Assembly (NCBI GenBank): GCA_963662715.1
Contig: OY759724.1
Coordinates: 270,001 to 302,000, forward strand
Length of the DNA: 32,000 bases
From: Candidatus Omnitrophota bacterium
Lineage (GTDB): Bacteria > Omnitrophota > Gorgyraeia > Zapsychrales > JANLHA01
Direction: 5' to 3'
The notes beneath the pieces were generated by a model, which did not search any database, was not told the origin of the DNA, and was given only the letters and a program-made list of their open reading frames with translations. A program made the translations under genes and the position numbers. Positions 26,395 to 32,000 of the stretch are shown here, piece after piece. Every line of letters starts with the position of its first letter. The stretch's first letter is position 1.

Positions 26395-26438
26395 ATATAT
26401 CTCATCATAAAGAAATGGGTATTCATGATGAGATATAT
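26395..26438. promoter_or_regulatory. 14-bp perfect inverted repeat upstream of int (candidate operator or weak terminator)
   Basis: ATATATCTCATCAT, a 16-nt loop, then ATGATGAGATATAT. Lies between the 68-aa HTH gene stop (26462) and the int start (26240). Confidence 0.3.
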
Positions 26439-26461
26439 TATAAACGTTATCCGTTTATAAT

Positions 26462-26668
26462 TCAAGCATTTTTCTTGCCGGGCTTTGGCCCTGGCTTTCG
26501 CTCCTTTGCTAAAAACCGTTTCAACGAATTTTCGTCGATAAGCCAAACTGTCGTATTCCGGGTTGTCTTCGCTTGACGGCCTTTGATTGTCCCCTTGCCT
26601 AAAAGCAAACGAAGATACCCGGTGGAAAGGCTGTACTTCTGGGAAGCCTCCCAGGTTGTCATAATCAT
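26462..26668 (-). CDS. small HTH DNA-binding protein (excisionase/regulator-like) with basic Pro/Lys tail
   Basis: TTWEASQKYSLSTGYLRLLLGKGTIKGRQ...VWLIDENSLKRFL follows the pattern of excisionase-family HTH proteins. Confidence 0.6.
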   Translation of the reverse strand: MIMTTWEASQKYSLSTGYLRLLLGKGTIKGRQAKTTRNTTVWLIDENSLKRFLAKERKPGPKPGKKNA

Positions 26669-26735
26669 GAAGGTATTCTATCATTTTTTCTCTTACATTT
26701 CTTCGATTTTAAACAAAATACCCAAATACAAGTAC

Positions 26736-26918
26736 CTACTCAACACTCCCCTCTTTAAACCAATTCCAGAATTCCGATGAAATAGCGAAGATTCTTTTTC
26801 CCCTTCTGTAAAGAGGACATTTAGACCGTTTTTGCCAGCGTCTGCTTTGTATAGTATTAGGCGTTACATGCAAAATCTTGGCAAGCTCCTCTACCGTTAG
26901 CGTTTCTTTAACTTTCAT
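26736..26918 (-). CDS. xis: excisionase-family (MerR/AlpA-like) HTH protein
   Basis: LTVEELAKILHVTPNTIQSRRWQ...PLYRRGKRIFAISSEFWNWF. Confidence 0.7.
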   Translation of the reverse strand: MKVKETLTVEELAKILHVTPNTIQSRRWQKRSKCPLYRRGKRIFAISSEFWNWFKEGSVE

Positions 26919-26953
26919 TTATCTCCTCCGTTTCTCACAACAAAGATATCAAT

Positions 26954-27400
26954 TCAACTACTATCCTTCTCCATTAAGGCAAGCACTCGTTTCTTGCGGA
27001 TGACCGCTGACTGCTTTGCATTATTTTTGTTTTCGTCATTAACCTCCGGCGTATGGAACAAATAGGCATATAAAAACGCATCAATTAGTTTTTCGATCCT
27101 GTCCACCTTCCCGGACAACCTGTCATTCAAGGTTGTAATGCTGGTGCAGATGATTTCACGGGTTTCTTCTATCGTCGAATGAAAAGTAGCACCGGATTTA
27201 TTTACGTCTACCAATCCCAACTCATTTAATAATTCCTTATGTTCAAGCGTCATTTGGGCATAGTTGATGATGGCATTGCGCATAAATTCTGAAATTGAAA
27301 CACCCTGTTCCTGCGCCAGCATGACGAACAGTTTATTCTCATCGGCAGTGACTCTAACGCCTATGGTTTTTGTTTTATGGGCCGTAGATTTATTAGTCAT
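26954..27400 (-). CDS. ribbon-helix-helix (MobC/CopG-like) protein with helical C-terminal domain
   Basis: TIGVRVTADENKLFVMLAQEQGVSISEFMRNAI. The preferred start is ATG at 27400, which forms an ATGA overlap with the traF stop. The track ORF starts at TTG 27415. Confidence 0.6.
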   Translation of the reverse strand: MTNKSTAHKTKTIGVRVTADENKLFVMLAQEQGVSISEFMRNAIINYAQMTLEHKELLNELGLVDVNKSGATFHSTIEETREIICTSITTLNDRLSGKVDRIEKLIDAFLYAYLFHTPEVNDENKNNAKQSAVIRKKRVLALMEKDSS

Positions 27401-27939
27401 AATCTTCTCTCGCAATCTGTTTGCTTAAACAAAAAAACAGGCTGCAAAACATACTTAACTTGCACCGGCCCCCAATAACGGGAGTCCCAGCTATTTGGTT
27501 TATAATCCGACATCAACCAGTACTGTTTTTCTTTCAATCTAATCGGAACATCATAATCTCGAAGGACACGCCTTCCATGCGAATCTGTATCGAGCAGAGG
27601 ATACCCGTTATAAACCTTACTGTTAATACGTATACTATCCTGTGAAACGTCAACCATATCACCCGGCACAGCTACGATCTTTTTAAAAACCGGATTGATT
27701 CCGGTTGAACACCATCCCGTCTGAAGATATCCTCGCTCAAGTCCAAGCTCGGCCAATTCCGGCGTCAGACAAGTGGCTGCCAGCATACCCCTTTCGGCAT
27801 CAGCTGAAACCTTTCGATATATTCCCAAAGGCATACTCTCCGACAAATTTACACGAAATCCATAAACACCAAGAACAAGACAAACTCCGAGAATCGTTAT
27901 CAAAAAGACCGTAATAAATCGTAAAATTCTCTTCATCAT
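27397..27939 (-). CDS. traF: conjugative transfer signal peptidase TraF (S26 family)
   Basis: N-terminal TM helix, SESMPLG (catalytic Ser), KKIVAVPGD, SWDSRYWGPV. Confidence 0.8.
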   Translation of the reverse strand: MMKRILRFITVFLITILGVCLVLGVYGFRVNLSESMPLGIYRKVSADAERGMLAATCLTPELAELGLERGYLQTGWCSTGINPVFKKIVAVPGDMVDVSQDSIRINSKVYNGYPLLDTDSHGRRVLRDYDVPIRLKEKQYWLMSDYKPNSWDSRYWGPVQVKYVLQPVFLFKQTDCERRL

Positions 27940-29876
27940 AAAAGCATCCTGTCGTCTTGCTCTTTTGGTTCTTCCTGTACCCCATACAATGCCTCAACCG
28001 GATTTTCTTCCGCTGTCTGTTCCGTCTTCTTTTCACGATACTCAGGAAATGCAATTTGTTTCATGTCTATGCTAAGACGATCTGAATGTTCCGGAGCCGG
28101 AATCCTCGCACGGGAATTCAACTCATGATCTTGGTAGTATTTCATTTTCTTCCCATGGATCGGCGGCATGTTCGACACAAAAATCAGTGTGTCTTCAGGC
28201 GGCAATCGCATGGTTTCATCGACCGTAACTAACGGCCTTTGGGCTTCTTGTGTCCCCTGTGAAATACCGGCATTCACTAATTGTGTACGTTTTCTCGTCA
28301 GATTCTTCGAATGTTTAATCACCGTAGACGCTCCGGCCATATGGGACAGGTTTTGAGCGGTTTCCAGTTTATTCGGCGCAAAGGCAATTCTAACCCGACA
28401 ATTTCCTGTGATCGACTCGTCCCGCCCATACGTCGAAAACAATTGGCTTAAATCCTGCAAGACAATAAACCCTTTAAGTCCATACCCAGCCATGTAGGCA
28501 AACGCATCCTGAATAAATTCCATACGGCCCAAAGCAGCAAACTCATCGAGCATCAATAAAAGTCTGTTTTTGTGTTTCCTGTTAATGCGCCCGTCTTTGA
28601 GGATCATTTTGTCTTCGACCAACCGTCTTACAATCTGATTCAAAATCAGGCGCACCACCGGCTTCACCCTCGACATATCTGAAGGTGGAATCACCATATA
28701 GAGGCTTACCGGTTTTTCATAGTCCATCAAATCTATTATTCGGAAATCCGATACAGAAGTGTTAGCCGCAATGATCGGGTCACGATACATCGCTAAAAAA
28801 CTCAAAGCCGTTGAAACTATTCCCGAGCGTTCTTCTGTAGATTTGTTTAGAAGTTCCCGTGCGACACTACTGATAACCGGATGTGTTTTCGTAGCATTGC
28901 CGCTTACCGGATTTATCCACCCTCTCTCTTGCTCAGGATCATGGATTGTTTGCAACATAGATTCAAAGGTGTCTTCAACTGTAGACTCAGGATTAGATAA
29001 AAAATTGGTAACACCTGCCAAGGTCTTATCTTTCTCAGCATAAATCACGTGAAGAATCACCCCGGTCAACAGGTTATAGGCAGATAACCGCCAATGATCA
29101 TGCTTTCCTTTACCGTCAGGATCGACAATCATATCCGCGATATTTTGGACATCCCTGACCTCATTCTCTCCGAGGCGCACCTCATACAAAGGATTCACCC
29201 GTACACTTGAACCATCGTTACTGGTAGGATCAAATTTCATAACAAAACTTTTCAATTTTTCTTTCCTCCATCTAGCTGTCAACAGCCAATTTTCAGACCG
29301 GATATCAAGAACGATAACGCTTTCACACCACGATAATAAATTCGGAACAACCAGCCCAACACCTTTACCGGAACGTGTCGGAGCAAAACAAACGACATTC
29401 CCCTCATCGTCAAATTTCAAATATTCGGTTCTTCGGTCATGTTCAATGGCCCCTATATATAGACCTTGTTTATTCCCAACAAGCCCGGCTTGACGAATCT
29501 CTTTATAATCAGCCCAGTGTGCGCTCCCGTGTACATCCGTCTGAGTATCGAGCGTCCGTAAATAATTCATAAATATCGCTAAAGCCATGGATACCCCAAC
29601 TGTAGCAATAAAAATCTGCATTCCTTGTCCTAGTGTTTTATGGTCAACAGGATAATCCCTGCGCATCAGCTGCCACTTGAAAATATCAATCGGATTATAA
29701 AATCTTCCAATCAACGGTTTTCCTAATTCAGGCCGGTAATTTAGCTTCTTAGCAGTAAATTGGGTTGCTGTACAAAGGCCAAAGACAATACCCAAAAATA
29801 TCACTACAAGACAGGCCAAGCTCAAAAAACCTGTATGTCGTTTCGGAAGTTTATATAACGGCATATTGTCTAACAC
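27936..29876 (-). CDS. traG: type IV coupling protein TraG/VirD4
   Basis: Two N-terminal TM helices, HGSAHWA, Walker A APTRSGKGVGLVVPNLL, Walker B LLLMLDEFAALG. Confidence 0.9.
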   Translation of the reverse strand: MLDNMPLYKLPKRHTGFLSLACLVVIFLGIVFGLCTATQFTAKKLNYRPELGKPLIGRFYNPIDIFKWQLMRRDYPVDHKTLGQGMQIFIATVGVSMALAIFMNYLRTLDTQTDVHGSAHWADYKEIRQAGLVGNKQGLYIGAIEHDRRTEYLKFDDEGNVVCFAPTRSGKGVGLVVPNLLSWCESVIVLDIRSENWLLTARWRKEKLKSFVMKFDPTSNDGSSVRVNPLYEVRLGENEVRDVQNIADMIVDPDGKGKHDHWRLSAYNLLTGVILHVIYAEKDKTLAGVTNFLSNPESTVEDTFESMLQTIHDPEQERGWINPVSGNATKTHPVISSVARELLNKSTEERSGIVSTALSFLAMYRDPIIAANTSVSDFRIIDLMDYEKPVSLYMVIPPSDMSRVKPVVRLILNQIVRRLVEDKMILKDGRINRKHKNRLLLMLDEFAALGRMEFIQDAFAYMAGYGLKGFIVLQDLSQLFSTYGRDESITGNCRVRIAFAPNKLETAQNLSHMAGASTVIKHSKNLTRKRTQLVNAGISQGTQEAQRPLVTVDETMRLPPEDTLIFVSNMPPIHGKKMKYYQDHELNSRARIPAPEHSDRLSIDMKQIAFPEYREKKTEQTAEENPVEALYGVQEEPKEQDDRMLL

Positions 29877-30009
29877 CTTCTTTCAAGAAATCTAGAACCC
29901 CAAAAATAAAACAGGCCCACCCCGAAAAAAGCCCGGCGCCGGGAATAGGCCTGCTTTAACAACATATGGGCGAACATCGACGCTGTCACCCTACCCGCGT
30001 GATCTGCTC

Positions 30010-31461
30010 CTACCTGATTTTTTTATTGATAGACATATTTGGGGAAAGAATCCCAATTTTCTGAAAATTGTCCAAGCGGTCTTTCATTGTCTTAATAAAC
30101 TTCCCCCGGAATGTCGAAGTGTTCAAATTCACAAGATCCTCGCGATTCCGTTTTAAATAATCAATCGCATACTGGTCAGCCTTTGTGAAGGACTTTGTCC
30201 TCTCAATAGTACTTAGCGGCCCCCAATTGGTGAACGACAAATAAGTTTTCTTGACGCCATTCTTTTTATAAGACTTGACTTGCAGATGCACGGTATCTCC
30301 GTTTTTAATCTTTTGCCTATCCCTCTGTCTGATCATCTCATTCTTAGGATGGGTATAATGAATTTTTCCATCCAAACCTTCAATCAACATGTAGCGTTTG
30401 TCGTTTTGTTCATTGTGCAAGCCAAAGCCTACCACACGTCCGACAACATGCTGGCCTTCTTTAAGCTGGGTATAAACCAACGGTAACGAAGGATCAGAAA
30501 TATGTTTGAGATGCATGGTCTTTCGTTTGATAATATCCTGTGTCATCTGATAGGTCTTAAGACCGTCTTCCAAGTCTTCGGATACATTCCAGGTCAGGAC
30601 ACCGGTTTTACTGACAAATCCCATTGCCTCCAAGTATTGAAGACGTCCTAAAATCTGCAATCTCTTCTCTGTTTCAAAAAAACTTTCAGGAAGCTTTCCC
30701 TTAAACGTTAATCTACCGGCATCATCTTTCATACGCAGAATATCCCTATCAAGTTCTGTCAACCTGTTTTGAGAAATCGTCTTTTCCCGGCGTCTTAAAA
30801 TATCACTGTTTAATCGGACACCTATTTGCCGAGTAGCCTCTTCCCTTGAGCGGAAACGTATTCCTTTCTTAATATAATTTTTGTTCATAATAAGTTCATT
30901 TCCCATCTCATCCTTTCCCCTTAAAACAATATGCACATGCGGGTCATCGGTGTTGTAATGATCAATCGCCATCCATTCCAATCGCGTCCCCAAATCCGAT
31001 TCCATTCTCTGCATAAGATGACGGACATGCACCTTTAAATCCATACGCTCTGCCTGTTCGGGAGAAACAATAATCTTAAACACATGCCCGTCACCTTCCT
31101 TTTGCCAGGCATCAAGTTTTTGTGATAAATCAACCTCTTCTTCCTCTGCTGAAAATCCCTTGCCACGCCTGCCCTCTATCTGCGCACCCTCACGTTCCAA
31201 ATACCGACCATGCGCTTTCCACTGTCCGGAATGATGATTCACCGCGTAAGAAACCTTCACCACACTATTTTGAAAATTCCTCCCAGGATAAAAAAACCGT
31301 CCGCTCCCCTTAATTTCACTAGTACCTTCCCGTGTTTTATTAACAGCAGCTTTAATTAACCAAAGCTGTCCAAAAGATGTTGACTTCTCAAACCTTCGCC
31401 TTGAAGAACGGACGCGCAACAGCAACTCATTTATGTCATCTTTATTTTTGTGCAGAACCAT
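30010..31461 (-). CDS. relaxase/mobilization nuclease with DUF3363-type C-terminal region (VirD2-like, MOBP-type)
   Basis: WMAIDHYNTDDPHVHIVLRGKDEMGNELIMNKNYIKKGIRFRSREEATRQIG carries the HxDxxxPHxH-type metal motif typical of this family. Confidence 0.85.
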   Translation of the reverse strand: MVLHKNKDDINELLLRVRSSRRRFEKSTSFGQLWLIKAAVNKTREGTSEIKGSGRFFYPGRNFQNSVVKVSYAVNHHSGQWKAHGRYLEREGAQIEGRRGKGFSAEEEEVDLSQKLDAWQKEGDGHVFKIIVSPEQAERMDLKVHVRHLMQRMESDLGTRLEWMAIDHYNTDDPHVHIVLRGKDEMGNELIMNKNYIKKGIRFRSREEATRQIGVRLNSDILRRREKTISQNRLTELDRDILRMKDDAGRLTFKGKLPESFFETEKRLQILGRLQYLEAMGFVSKTGVLTWNVSEDLEDGLKTYQMTQDIIKRKTMHLKHISDPSLPLVYTQLKEGQHVVGRVVGFGLHNEQNDKRYMLIEGLDGKIHYTHPKNEMIRQRDRQKIKNGDTVHLQVKSYKKNGVKKTYLSFTNWGPLSTIERTKSFTKADQYAIDYLKRNREDLVNLNTSTFRGKFIKTMKDRLDNFQKIGILSPNMSINKKIR

Positions 31462-31465
31462 ATAT

Positions 31466-31741
31466 TCACCTCATCATTTTGTTAATAGAAATCTTTTTAC
31501 TTCGGGTAAAATCAACCTTCAATCCTTGTTGAGTTTGGCGGACGGCAATCACGTTCCCTACCTTGAATTTCTTTACATAATCGCCTTTGACCCTCAATAT
31601 CCATTTCTTCTCACGATCCTCAAGAACAATATCGGATATCTTTTGTATTTTTTGATCAGGAGATTGCCGAATACTCTTGATTGTTCCCCTAACCTGCCTC
31701 CCAGGATGAAGCTCAATTTTTTTCATTTTTTCTTCTGCCAC
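31466..31741 (-). CDS. 91-aa hypothetical protein upstream of the relaxase (possible relaxosome accessory)
   Basis: Its stop lies 4 nt before the relaxase start, a position analogous to TraJ-type accessory genes. Weak eyeball resemblance to the relaxase C-terminal segment. Confidence 0.5.
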   Translation of the reverse strand: MAEEKMKKIELHPGRQVRGTIKSIRQSPDQKIQKISDIVLEDREKKWILRVKGDYVKKFKVGNVIAVRQTQQGLKVDFTRSKKISINKMMR

Positions 31742-31757
31742 GACTTTATTCCTATGC

Positions 31758-32000
31758 TTAATTCGTCAACTCAAACAAGCTCACGATACGATTAAACGAC
31801 ATGTCCTGTCTCATTTTTATATTTTGTACGATATATCTTTCTCTCCTTCGATCATATCCTTGTACTTTGAGAATTTCTTTAATCGTCCTTCCTGCTAAAG
31901 TCCCCGGTGCCCTTGCGATAAAGATAATTACATTGATCGTATCAGCAATAACCTCCGGTAAAGGTATGACATTACCTTCACGGATCAACTGCTCAATTCG
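31758..32000 (-). CDS. virB11: C-terminal part of a VirB11/TrbB-family T4SS ATPase (5' end outside window)
   Basis: The frame is open to the window edge. LIREGNVIPLPEVIADTINVIIFIARAPGTLAGRTIKEILKVQGYD resembles the C-terminal block of VirB11/TrbB ATPases. Confidence 0.55.
   Translation of the reverse strand, partial: RIEQLIREGNVIPLPEVIADTINVIIFIARAPGTLAGRTIKEILKVQGYDRRRERYIVQNIKMRQDMSFNRIVSLFELTN

Larger units (their letters stand above)
23736..32000 (-). mobile_element. integrase-proximal end of an integrative conjugative (or mobilizable) element; continues beyond the window
   Basis: tRNA-like att fragments are followed by a tyrosine integrase, Xis-like HTH genes, an RHH protein, TraF, TraG/VirD4, a relaxase and a VirB11-like ATPase. 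All are co-directional with tight or overlapping junctions. Confidence 0.7.

Noticed and set aside
26241-26684. 147-aa minus-strand ORF
   Set aside because: Its upstream half overlaps the convincing 68-aa HTH gene in another frame. The remainder (26241-26426) has Cys/Phe/Ser-rich composition and covers the palindrome-containing int upstream region.
27944-27950. ATCCTG nick-site-like hexamer (IncP/Ti type oriT core); another occurs at ~28505
   Set aside because: Both lie inside coding sequence with no flanking inverted repeat. A hexamer is expected by chance at this frequency. oriT is not located.
1-32000. CRISPR arrays, rRNA, retron or DGR-type reverse transcriptase, toxin-antitoxin pairs
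   Set aside because: No regularly spaced direct repeats, no rRNA-like segments, no RT motifs (YxDD) and no recognisable TA pair were found on either strand.

Overview
Low-GC bacterial chromosomal segment, lineage not assignable from sequence. Every credible gene except one insertion sequence lies on the minus strand. In coordinate order:
- an MBOAT plus SGNH-like O-acyltransferase pair, with the partner gene frameshifted
- a MORN-repeat gene split by a ~1.5-kb IS3/IS481-type IS
- a stand-alone PAS protein followed by PTS enzyme I
- a long co-directional RNA/cold-shock-type array: three tandem CSD-like paralogs, a tiny Lys-rich ORF, an RRM protein, infA, a Zn-ribbon microprotein and a DEAD-box helicase
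- an overlapping GT4-GH15 pair at the end of that array
- a class-B radical SAM enzyme with a hydrophobic C-terminus
- DHH and gpmA pseudogenes
- a fetAB-like ABC exporter bracketed by ~90-nt imperfect direct repeats
- a short UvrA paralog
- a decayed junction holding an IS fragment, a truncated HUH Rep relic and tandem tRNA/tmRNA 3'-end fragments
- the integrase-proximal ~8 kb of an integrative conjugative element that runs off the window: int, two Xis-like HTH genes, an RHH protein, TraF, TraG/VirD4, a DUF3363-type relaxase and the tail of a VirB11-like ATPase

No rRNA, intact tRNA or CRISPR array was seen.

The most unusual observations:
- The full IS copy looks circularly permuted. An abutted IRR-IRL junction is retained inside the insertion, and removing the insertion restores the MORN reading frame.
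- IS orfB is in the +1 frame, not the -1 frame, relative to orfA at an A7 run.
- The attachment-site units are tandemly duplicated.
- An orphan 380-aa membrane-anchored cargo gene lies between int and att.
- Pseudogene density is very high.

No novel multi-gene system can be proven from sequence alone. The candidates are listed with explicit tests.
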